A DNA stretch of 64,000 nucleotides. Source: Microbotryum violaceum. Lineage: Eukaryota. Positions 1 through 10,272 of the stretch are shown here, piece by piece. The notes under the pieces are model-generated. The model saw nothing but the letters and a program-made list of their open reading frames with translations, ran no database searches and was not told where the DNA came from. The stretch spans positions 3,100,001-3,164,000 of the forward strand of contig CDLV01000004.1 in the NCBI GenBank assembly GCA_001244265.2, given 5' to 3'. How positions within the stretch are numbered: position 1 is the stretch's first letter; each line of letters opens with the position of its first letter. Position numbers and translations under genes: made by a program.

Positions 1-3000
1 GCGTTGACGAGGAATTGAATAACAGATTCCAGTTCATCCGCAGCCTTGGATGAACTCGGCGAGTCACCAATCACGAATGCGGCAAAGTATTGGGCTGGGC
101 AAGAGACATCGTTGGGTGCAAGCATGTACACTCGAAACTATTCACAGAAACGCCAGCGAATGAGCAACCAATCAAAGCGCCGCACAGACATAGTCACCGA
201 CCTTGGTGCCAGCGACCGGAGGATTCGGTCCCCGAAAGATACCCTCGAGCTCCTGCGTGGTTTCATACACGATTGGCGGGCCAACCATGCCAACGAGCTC
301 GTGACGGAAGATTTTCTGCCCGCGCGGGCGAGCTTCCGCTTCCTTGTCCTTCGAAACCCGTGTTGTCCTGATTACTTGTCGCAGTTTCGTGTCGTCGACG
401 TCGAGGTTAAAGGTCTTCCCATCCGAAAGGATCTTTTGGATGATGCGCTGCATGTGGGGCTCATCTAAGCCGAACCTGGGCTTTTCGAATGTTGCTCGAT
501 GTTGTCTGAGAGACTTAGAATCGTCAGTAGCTTGAAGGAATGACGGATAGATCAGGTCTGAAACTTGCTGAAGTGTGCGCATCGAGACTCCGCCAACAGT
601 TTTTTGCACCACGCGCAACGCCGTGGGAGATGCCAGAGCCAGCGCGTGTTCAAAGTCAAGCAAAGCTTCGTCTCGCACATAGCCTCTCATGTCCTTGCCT
701 TGTGCGTCCCGCCTATGCTTGATCACGGCGACTTTTGCCATACCTTTCAGAATGTTGGCTCCAGCCAGCTCGCCGGAAACTAAACCTTGAGCGAAACGAA
801 GATAGACCTTGCCATCTTTGGTCCCCAAGAGTTTCTCCAGACCTTGGTGTTCCTTGAAAACCTTTGGCATCCAAGCCTCGACGGAAGCCAATCGTTTATT
901 CGTGAACTTGATTGTGGGTCCGACAGCCCGAGGACGATGTAACGCCTGTGAGAAGGCTTTCGTGCGAAGCAGTGCCTTGCATTTGGCGCAAGGCTCCAAT
1001 TTCGTTCCACATTGCGACTCCATTCCGATCCTGGTACAGTCGACACTGTTCACTCGGGGTGCTGAATGATTGTTCACCCACGTCCACTCGTTCGCTTCCA
1101 GATTGTTGATCTTACGGCGTTCAGAACGAGTCAATACACGTTTGCCAATTCTTGGGAACCTTCTCTTGATGAGCTTTAGCCGAGATGGTGCGCCTCCGCC
1201 CCGAGCAGAGCTCTTTGAGAGGTACACCTCTACACGCTTGCCTGTTAGGCCGGGACATGCGGGAGGATCGGCAAGGCTTTTGCCTTGCGACTGGACAGCC
1301 GTTTCGGCGGGCGATCGAACAGAAAAGTAGTGGTCGATCTTGCGCATGTTCGTGCACGGAGGCTTTTTGTTGAGATGCTTCATGAAGCGAGTGACGTCCT
1401 GCCGTGTCTTCATCTTGTGATACGTACGACAGCGACCGCACTGCACCGTCCTGGGATTCTCGATCTTCACGTCCGATTCTGGGCAGAGCTGCTTGACCTT
1501 CGCCCTAAACTCAGCAAATGCTGCGGGGCGAGCCTTCGAGTATTCGACGTCTTTAAGATGCTCCTTGGCTAGTCTGGCTCGTCGTGCTGTGATTGATTCC
1601 CCCGACTTCGGAGTTTCGTCGTCCGTGGTGCAATCATCGTCCGTGGTGCAATCGTCGTCCGTGGTGCAATCATCGCCCGTCTCGGAATCTGAGCGGAAGC
1701 ATACCCCGGACCATGTCTGCTCGTCATTCTCGATCTCGGCCATCTCCTCGACGTCCAACTCGTTCCTGTCTATGCCGGCAATGGGCGCGGGCAAGTCATG
1801 AGTGAGATGTTGAGATTTGGTTGCGAATGTTGCTAGTCGGTGAAACTGGCGAATGCGAGCGATATGAGCGCGACCGGCCAAAAAAGGTGGAACCAAAAGA
1901 AGCTCGGTTTCGACGACATTGATAGCCGCTGGTCCGCACGAGGAGCCGTCAGCCTGTTGAGCCATGCGGCCTTGCTTCGGTTCAGTCTTGAGAATATGCA
2001 GCTCGAGGTAGCCAAACAAGGCCAGTGCCGAGTTGCGAGTAATCTCGTCGATCCGAATATGCGAGAGCGAGTTGAAGAGCGTCCATGTCCTTTGCCCAAC
2101 ATCAACACGTGCCATTGCCCAATGATCGCGGAAGCAGAGCGGGAGATACCAGACCGATTGAGGGCGAGCTCTAACGAAAGATCGAAGGTCGGCGAGAGTT
2201 CGATATGGGACAAGAAAAGATGCGAAAATGTACTTGTCCAAGACTTCACGTTGAGGGGAGTCAGGTTGATGTTTTCTTGAAGCGACCAAAATCGCCATGA
2301 GATCGGATGGGAATGCCCCGTATACTTTGTCGGATGCTGTTGACGCTTGTACACGCGATGAAGCTAGTACGCTTGTGATGGCAACGTCCATCGCGGTTTC
2401 TTCAAGCCACTTGTCCCTAGAAAAAGCCTGAAAAATAATCCCAATCAATCACGCGATCGAACAAATGAACAAATTGGCTGCTTACCGACGAAATCGAGCA
2501 GCGTGCGCAAGGACGCGCTACGCCCGAGGATCATTGCGGGGGTATATTGGTCCTCAACGAGCAGTGACGGCAGCACCTCCAGAGCCTTAACGATGAGAGG
2601 TTGATTTTCGATATCGACACCCAGATAACTTTTCATCCACTCTTGGCTATTGATAACGACCAAACGCATGCGCTCGGCGTAATCTATATGCCGCCAGATC
2701 CTTTCGACACCGAAAGGCAGCCGGTGCCCGGCGATAGCGATAGACCGGTAACCTTGTTTACGTGCCGCAGTGATTGCTTCACGATCCTTGAACTTGTCCC
2801 TCCAAGCGCGGAGCGGCCTAGGAAGAGTATCAAACTCGAGAGGCTCGTCTGTCGACCACGAAAGCTGTATTTGCGTGTCTGGGTTGTCGAAGCGGAAGGT
2901 GAGAAGCTCAGACACCCTAACGTCCAAAAGGGGTGCCATTCGCTCAAACTCATCGTCGAGGAGCTCGATATCCGGATCGTCCAGATACGTTTCGTCGAAG

Positions 3001-3041
3001 CTGGCTGAAGCGAGAACGTAGGATAATGACGATGTTGGCAC
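1..3041 (-). CDS. Ulp1/C48-like protease fused to P-element-like transposase, copy 1 (multi-exon; 3' part runs off the window; start uncertain)
   Basis: ORFs 2445-3041 and 172-2448 are joined by a GT-AG intron. Protease motifs DKWLEE, DHWAMARVD, FNSL, QQADGSSCG; Cys motifs CGRC...H...C and PCAKC; FNLDVDDTK. Colinear with the 29621-35500 gene, including the exon at 1-130 (FRVYMLAPNDVSCPAQYFAAFVIG). Confidence 0.75.
1616..1675. repeat. 18-bp coding tandem repeat x3.3 (DDCTTD)
   Basis: TCRTCGTCCGTGGTGCAA at 1616, 1634 and 1652, partial copy at 1670. Confidence 0.95.
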
Positions 3042-3281
3042 AGACGACGCAACGCGGCGGGAGAGGCAAGAGACGCGCGCAAGGCTCAGACTTTTCGTTC
3101 ATCCAGCCAAGTGGCTATAATTGCAAAATTGTTCAACCAGCCAAGAGGCTATAAAATCGAGCAATTAGAGCCCTTGCTGTTAATTCGGTACAGCCCAGAG
3201 TGTTTCCCACGCGCTCCGCACGTTCTTGAGGGTCGGCAAACTTTGGCGTACCAAGCCGAATGTGGCTGAAATGGGTCCCCG

Positions 3282-3441
3282 ATTTGTCCACTGGCACCTA
3301 CGGGCCTAGACCCCACCCGCACCGGCGCGCCCTGATTTGTCCACCCCCGACTACGCGCCTTCGCGATTTTGGCCCATCTGAGGCCCCAAATTTGTCCAGT
3401 CGGGCACTACGCGCCTCAGGCCGGGCTTTCGGGGGTCCTCC
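3282..3441 (-). repeat. Conserved head motif and three subterminal repeats of P-like element copy 1
   Basis: Minus strand reads GGAGGACCCCCGAAAGCCCGGCCTGAGGCG from 3441, and has three AGGCSCGTAG-N8/9-TGGACAAAT-type units about 54 bp apart (3282, 3335, 3390). The head matches 27105 and 29239. Confidence 0.75.
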
Positions 3442-3738
3442 CGTTGCTCTCGCAGGCAGCTTCAGGCTGCTCTCGCCACTCTCTCGCCTGCTCTCGCACT
3501 CTCTCGCACAGTCTCGCACTTGCCTCGCCCTGCTTCGCCTTGCTTCGCTCGTCCTAACCTGTCCTGACGAGCCCCGACCTGCCCCGACTATTAAGCCTGC
3601 TCTTCCAGTTGTTTCAGCCCTTCCCGATTGCCGTGCCCACGCTCTTCCCATTCAAGCCCAGCCGGTCCCTCCCCTTCCGTCATCGTTCGTCGGTGGCCTG
3701 TCCTGGTTGTGGCCGTGGCCGACATCGGTTGTGCCCGA

Positions 3739-5205
3739 ATGCGATCCCAAGAGCTGTCGCGTGAAGCAGCATCGTCGGCCCCAGACCCACCGCGCCCGGA
3801 GTGCTCGAGTACGGCTCCGTCCGCGCTCACACCCACGCTGACGAGCTCGTTGCTCCGGATCGACCATACCAACCCATTGCTGGTGGGCGCCTCGGCTGTG
3901 AGCTTGACGCTGTCGAGCTATTGGATCTGGGCGCGGTATCTTCGTAGGGTTGCGAATGTCGAGCAACTCACCGCAGCGCATCTCAACGGGCGCGCCCTGC
4001 GCGGAATCGTAACGAGGTAAGTCGGTCGGTCGTCGTGATGTGGGGTCGCGTCGGGCGCGTTCCGGTTGCCGTGCTCGCGGACTGACAATTTCATTCGCCG
4101 TATCGCATCACATCACATCGCACCGCCGACCGGGGCGTGGCTCGGCAAACCAATCTCAGCGTGGGCGATGCCGACAATTTTCGGCTCTACCACAGACCGT
4201 GGTGGGCCTTCCATCGACGAGTGCCCACCACTCGAGCCGGTAGGTTCGATTGGTCACGATGAAGCCCTTTGCGTTTCTTGCAGTGCAGTGCAGTGCCATC
4301 GTCACAACCTCGGTTCAAGGCGAGTACCCCAAACGCCCCGAAGCTCTTTCGTTGAACTGCGCTTCCTGTCGCAGGCCTAAAGAATCAGACTTTGCACATC
4401 AGACTAGCGGGAGTCGATGCGCCCGAGGTGAGTTGACCTTGACCCGATCGCTTACTCTCGTCCCACCCTCTCCGCGGAATGGCTCATTCGCCTCGTCATA
4501 GCTTGCCCATTTCGGCAACCCTGCTCAGGCTTATTCGGCCGAGGCGCTGGATTGGTAAGGGCTGTCTCGTCTCAAGCCCATCCCGGTGCGAGAGAGAACC
4601 GCGCAGTTCGGCTGACCGACACCCTGACGCGCAACATGTGTTAGGCTCACCCGACGCGTGCTGGGGCGGACTGTCTACGTCGAGCTTTACAGTAAAGACC
4701 GCTACGGAAGGGTAGTGAGTGTCACGAGAGCCCGTGTGAGAAGGCTGCCAGCTGACTGGCTCCGCGCCGCAATCCTTCGTTGACATCATCCGCCCGGGCT
4801 GCAAGGTTGGTATGGCTTACGTTCGCAAATTCCCTTTCATCTTTCGACGGAACGTCAGCGAAGAGATGTTGAAGCGAGGTCGTAAGTGCCGGCTGCTTGT
4901 GATCCCAATCGTGCTGCTGCTGTTCGACTTGGCTCACCAACATCGATTTGACATCAGTTGCCACGGTCTACACTCAAGGAGGCGCCGTTCACGCAGGACT
5001 ACTTCACCGCTTCGAAGAAACCGAAGCGAGAGCCAGGTGAGCTTGACTCGAGAACTCTCAGGACCGGGGAATAGGACGTGTTTTGAACCATGCGGTCGAT
5101 CGCCATCGGATCTCGCCCGGCAGACGTCGAAAAGTCGGCATGTGGGCTCAAGCACCCACCGAGTACGAGAGCCCGGCTGCTTACAAAGCTCGGACCCGGA
5201 CCTGA
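3739..5205 (+). CDS. LCL3: Probable endonuclease LCL3 (staphylococcal nuclease family), multi-exon host gene
   Basis: Hydrophobic N-terminal anchor, then spliced exons give GIVTS-VGDADNFRLYH, TLHIRLAGVDAPE, AHFGNPAQ, KDRYGRV, NVSEEMLKRG, ATVY, KVGMW...YESPAAYK. GT-AG introns, e.g. 4018-4159; stop TGA 5203-5205. Confidence 0.88.
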
Positions 5206-5433
5206 GGTCAAAGATAGCAAGTTATGCCGTAATTCGTCGGAGTGAGGAAGTTTGGGAGGGGATACGGGCGGCGGACGCGGCGAACCTTTAGGGGACGGCG
5301 ACGCACCATGGGCGGTCGGCGACAAGCGGCCGCTGGGCAATAGATAGAGTGCTGCTGGACGCCTTCACAAGAGTCCGCAATGTTGTATCCATCGAATCAT
5401 TACCTATGATTGTAAAAGGGACTGTGAGCAGAT

Positions 5434-5785
5434 AGGCGAGTGCGCAGGGCTAGAATCGCATTAAGCCACTCAAGCCCAAGTTTTTTCATCCGCGACTATC
5501 TCGGGCCCCAGACCGTGGGCACACACTCCAAGGCTCGACACGGGGAGTGCGAAAGGACGAAGTCGACCGGACACTTTAGCACGTCCTGCTCGCAGGGCAA
5601 GGTCCAGCTGCCTCCCCCTCCCCAGCCCAACTTTTCCGAGTATCGACAGCTGCTTGCAGGTTCGGATAACAGTCAGCTGCTCCGTCCAGCAAAATTCGTC
5701 TGCAAGAGATCCACATCCTGAACTTTGCGACCGTATCCACATGCACACAGAAGCTAAAGCATTTCGCAAGAGCGCTGGGCGGTAC
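5434..5785 (+). pseudogene. Helitron N-terminal zinc-finger fragment
   Basis: LGPQTV..HSKARHGECERTKSTGHFSTSCSQGKVQLPPP, nucleotide-homologous to 37200-37520 (minus). Confidence 0.8.
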
Positions 5786-6386
5786 TGAAAGGCCAGCCCC
5801 TTCACAATTGGACTACACAGCCAAAAAAGACTAACAATTTCAATCGATGCAGATATCACGAAGGACAAAGATAGGAGGGATGGGCCGGACGAAGGGGCTC
5901 GAGACGAGGGGCGAGGGACGAGGGACAAGTCGAGAGATGTTCTAGGGACTTCTCAAGAGAGACGAGGACGAGGGACGAGTGCAAGGATGTGACCTTTGAC
6001 GAGATTCGAGTTGCAGAAGGGAAAGAGAGAAGTAAGCTACGGAAAGGGGGAACTAGACCAGAGGAGTCGGGGACGAGGTGACGAGCTTGAGGAGGCGAGG
6101 CACGAGGATTACGTAATAGTGTTCAGGCCGAGGATCACGTAATAGAGCTTGGTTGAGGATCACGTAAGAGTCGGGGGCGAGAGGGTTGTGAGTGTGTAGT
6201 CGGAGGAGAAGAGAGCAGTGCAGGTGCCGAAGCGGGGAGAGGAGGTCCTAGGCGCGGGAAGGCCGAAGTCACACGGATGACGAAGTTGCTGAGAGGCCGA
6301 ACTCGGAGTGGCGAACTTCCATTCATGACAGCAAATTGAAATCAGAAGGGAGCTATTTAAGGCGCAAGGTAACTTTGGTCCTTGCA
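5786..6386. mobile_element. Short (about 119 bp) solo-LTR-like element, interrupted by a second solo LTR
   Basis: Termini TGAAAGG...CCTTGCA; perfect 5-bp TSD GGTAC (5781-5785, 6387-6391); homologous to 45203-45318 once 5854-6335 is removed. Confidence 0.75.
5854..6330. mobile_element. Solo LTR (477 bp)
   Basis: Termini TATCACGA...TCATGACA (degenerate TGTCACGA/TCGTGACA); TSD GCAGA/GCAAA; absent from the homologous 45203 copy. Confidence 0.75.
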
Positions 6387-6412
6387 GGTACGAGGCCGCG
6401 TACAACAACTTA

Positions 6413-6939
6413 CGCGCTGTCGGCACAGTCGCCATCGAACTTTTCAAGCAGCTTGGCATTGATGCGATCGACCGTTGCGTTATGCGGAGCTAGGATTGCC
6501 TGACGCGAGAACAGTTGAATCAGGTCGTCGAGGGACTCCTTGTTCACGGTCCTTAGAACGGGGTAGACAAAGTTGATCAAACCTTCGGCGGTTCTTTGAA
6601 CATCCTGAAGCAGCAGGTAATCATGCAGCTGCGAAACAAATAAGGGGTAGTCTTAGTGTCGGTTGGTCGGGTGAAAGAGGGGAGCCGAACGTACGGCGAT
6701 CTTGTTGTATGGGTGCATGTTGGCAGATCCATCTCCCAAGTTGAGTAGCTATTCCGCAAAGTCGCGCGTTCGAACCAATTGAGCCTCGTCCATCGCATCA
6801 GCGTTCGAGCTGAGACGCATGTTCTCGGTAAGTCGCAAGACACGAACGTCGCGCCAGAAGTCTGCCTTGATGAGGGATGCATCGACGATTTGACCCGGAG
6901 TTCCTTTAGGAACGACAGGAAGGCATTGGCGAAAGTCCC
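6413..6939 (-). pseudogene. Helitron PIF1 helicase fragment
   Basis: GDFRQCLPVVPKG...LRLTENMRL...FAE*LLNLGDG...AILAPHNATVDRIN, with an in-frame stop. Confidence 0.85.
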
Positions 6940-7149
6940 CTGCAGATTGGAAACCTCGTTCATCAGCAACTTTGCCACTTTGCTAAACACCACTAAATAA
7001 ATCTCGAGCCGCTAAACCGCTAAAGTGCGCAAAATGGCACAAAATGGCACAAAAATTGGCACTGTTTGATGAACTTAGCAAAGCTTGATGAAGTTGACAC
7101 TTACAATTTGGAGAAGTGCTGTGGTGAGGTGTAACAATGTCAGGACTTT

Positions 7150-7408
7150 GGTTGCTATTCCGGCGTTGCTTCTCAAGGAAGGACACACGGCGCATTCGAC
7201 TTTTCGAATTCCACTTGACACGTCGCCAACCTCGACGTGTCCAGTCGACAGGGAGAGTGATCTCGCGCTGATGCTGCGTACCACCAAGCTCATCATTTGG
7301 GATGAATCACCAATGGCGCATCGATTCGCGGTGGAAGTGGTCGACCGTTTGCTGCGTGATCTCCGAGAGACCGAGGAGCTCTCCGCGGGGTGACGACAGT
7401 CTTTGCGG
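7150..7408 (+). pseudogene. Helitron PIF1 helicase fragment (motifs Ia-II)
   Basis: ALLLKEGHTAHSTFRIPL...KLIIWDESPMAHRFAVEVVDRLLRDL. Confidence 0.85.
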
Positions 7409-8028
7409 GTAAGTTGGGGTCTTCTGCCTCCGCTCTGAACGACTGCACGCTAACTTCAGGAACTTTACCACTTGCCGGTGCGCGCCTAAATCTGTCTAGA
7501 TGACTTTACCGTCTGAATCGTGGATCATGTCTAGATCCACCACTTCATCACACTGAAGTAGCAACTTGTGCAATGAATTGTTTTCGCTGTCACGGTCTTG
7601 TACACACTAGTCAGAGTCTTGTACTACATGGCAGGCAGTAGTGCTCACATCCTGATGTAGTCACTGCAAACACAGCCATAAATTTTATCCAGGAAAGTGC
7701 GTGCCGTTGATTGCAGCATACACATGATATACTGACATTTCAAATGCTATATAGGGGTTCTTTTGTTCGTCGCCCACCCGCCGCATGTTGCTCCGCATCA
7801 CCGCTCCCTCAGATCTTTGAGGATATTGAAAAAACTCTCACCAATGCACCAATGCAGTACAGAAAAAGCACTGAAAGAGATTTTCGGCTTTGCATTGTAC
7901 AGAAAAAGCATCGAAAGAAAACTGGCCCTCGCGGACCGACTTGAGCGCCGTCCGTCACCTTTCGTCCACTTTGAGCCAGAAGACGAAATGGTGATATCAG
8001 GTGACAACTATTGAGTGATTAGTTCTGG

Positions 8029-9463
8029 CTAAGAGAGTGTAACAATCTCCAACAGTTTTCGCTCCGCGAGGCCAAGAAGGGTTGGCCGCGCCTGCCTGCG
8101 TCGAGCCCGCCCGTACGCGCGCCTAGGGGGAATCACGTCTCCCAAGATGGTCCCCACGTCGACGAACATCGCTTGCTGCTCTGCCCCCCCTTGACGGCGG
8201 GACCCTGCAGGAGCACCCCAGCGTTCGGCTAACTCGGAAGTCCACTCCGTCGTAGATACCACCGGCTCGTAGCCATCAGGAATCTGATTCGGATCAGGTG
8301 GGTTGTTGTCAGCATCGTCAGATGGGCGACGGGAGGCGACGGGAGGCGGTGCTCTACCGTCGCCAGCAACAGGAGCTGGTGCTCGACCGTTGGGAACAAT
8401 AGGAGCAAGCTCTTGACCATTGCTGTGTTGAACTCTACCGCTGTTGTCTGGAGGGCGCTCGCGACCAGGCGCAGCGGGAGTGTGTTCACGATCAGGAGAC
8501 GTTGCTCGACCGACCGGAGGAGGGGTTGCATCTCGACCGTCGCCACCCGCAGCCAACGCTCGACGGGCAGCAACAGGAGTCGTCGCTTGGTCGCCGGCAC
8601 CAGGAGCATGGGCTCGAACGGCCCCGTCGGGAGCGAAATCGTGGTCGACAGCATTGTCGCCATCAAGGTTGAGGTTGAGGAGGGTACCCGGGTCGGTCGG
8701 AGCGTCACCGAAGCTTGTAGTCGGCGCATCCTCGCGAAGGGCAGCTTCGTCTGACTCCCCCCGTTGAATCTCGAAAGAGCTCTCGTCGAAACTCGCCCCA
8801 TCTGATACAAACACCGTGTTGGTGTCGGGCCGCCAGAACATCCATCCCTGGTCCGCATAGCCAATGAAGCGAGCCTTGACCCGGGGCGGTTCAATCTTCG
8901 AGGGATGACGTTCCGGCGTGATCCTGACATATGCCACGCAACCCCATACGCAAACGCGCGAAACATTGGGCTTGCGAATGTGGTACATTTCGAAAGGTGT
9001 CGAGCCTGGTAACGCGGCCGTAGTAGGACAATTGCTCACATGAGTAAATGTGTTTGGCGCGAATGCCCAGAAGGACAGTGGCAACCCTGAGACCAGCAGC
9101 CAGATCCGCACCGTCTTGAACATGGTGCGCCATCCCCGTTCGACGACGCCGTTCTGGTAGTGCGCGTAAGGTACTGTGGTTCTGTGCTCAATCCCTCGAT
9201 CCTTGAAGAAGACCTTCAGGGTGTTGTTCACAAACTCCCCACCGTTGTCGGAGTGAAAAACAGACACGTTGCAGTCACGACTTCGTTCCATTCTTCGGAT
9301 GAATTCAATGACTATGGTCGTCACGTCAGACTTCTTGGCAATCGGAACACTCCATCGAAAACGCGAGTAGTCGTCGACTAGGCCGAGGACCATGACCTCG
9401 CCACTGAAGCTTTCATGACGAACGGGACCCCAGAGGTCCGCGTGAATCGTTGGAAGCACCGCG
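8029..9463 (-). pseudogene. Ty1/copia integrase fragment
   Basis: IHADLWGP, VDDYSR, SDNGGEF, QNGVVER, WGCVAYV. Truncated upstream by the gypsy LTR; no RT follows. Confidence 0.88.
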
Positions 9464-10068
9464 TGCAGCCGTGCTCCAAGAACGATAGACAGGATCAAAC
9501 AGTTGTAGTTCAAGTCTAGAAACTCGAGGCAGTCAGCTACAATACTAAACATAGGGGACTGGTGCACTCACCTAGAACGTCGAGGCAGTCAGCTGGCGAA
9601 AGCCAAGAGAGGTTCTAGGCGCGCGCAAGCTATCCAACTAAGGCCCAAAATTCCATCACCTTCTTCCAGCTCCCGGGCAAAAGGCCTCGGGCCTTGCACT
9701 CTCCCCCTCCTGAATCAAACCCTCCCCTCCGTCCTCTTCTTCAGCTCCCATCGCCGAAGCGCCTCTGTCCCCTCCAAGTGCTCGCGCGGCTCCAAGGTGG
9801 CTTTGTGCTGCGGATATCCTTCCCACCACACACGAAAGCGCTTCTTTCCCCTTGTGGTCTCCTCCAGGATCTCTCGCACAACCCATTCTTCCTGCCCATT
9901 GACTATAACCGGCTTTGGTCTGGGTTGTTCTCGGCTTGGGAAATAGCTTGGGTCGTTGGCTCAGTAAGGACGAAGTTTGCTCACGTGGAATGTAGGATGC
10001 GATCGGTCACCTTCATTTAGCTGGAGCGTGTAATTGGAGGTGGCGACATTGGTGGCAAGAACCGTAGG

Positions 10069-10272
10069 TGTAAGGCGCCGCTCCGCTTACGCCTCACGAC
10101 GACCTCTCGAGCCGACCTCTGCGGCCTCACGCTTGCCCTCACGCGCGGCGCCGCCGCGTCTCTTGACCTTAGTCCTTTTAGTAGTCTTTCTTCGCCTGCA
10201 AATTACACCGTTTGAATCCTTTCAGTTTGGACTCGGAACCAGTGAGGCTCGAGAGCAATCTTGTGCCTTTCA
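10069..10272. mobile_element. Solo LTR (204 bp) inside gypsy integrase
   Basis: Termini TGTAAGGC...GCCTTTCA; TSD GTAGG/GCAGG; splits the integrase GPY motif. Confidence 0.75.

Noticed and set aside
3260..3841. 193-aa ORF upstream of LCL3 and the many antisense ORFs across the window
   Set aside because: GC-rich shadow frames over promoter or TE sequence, without domain motifs.
7460..8028. Short ORFs and hairpins, CTAG near 7607
   Set aside because: No motif, and no convincing Helitron hairpin adjacent to the CTAG.
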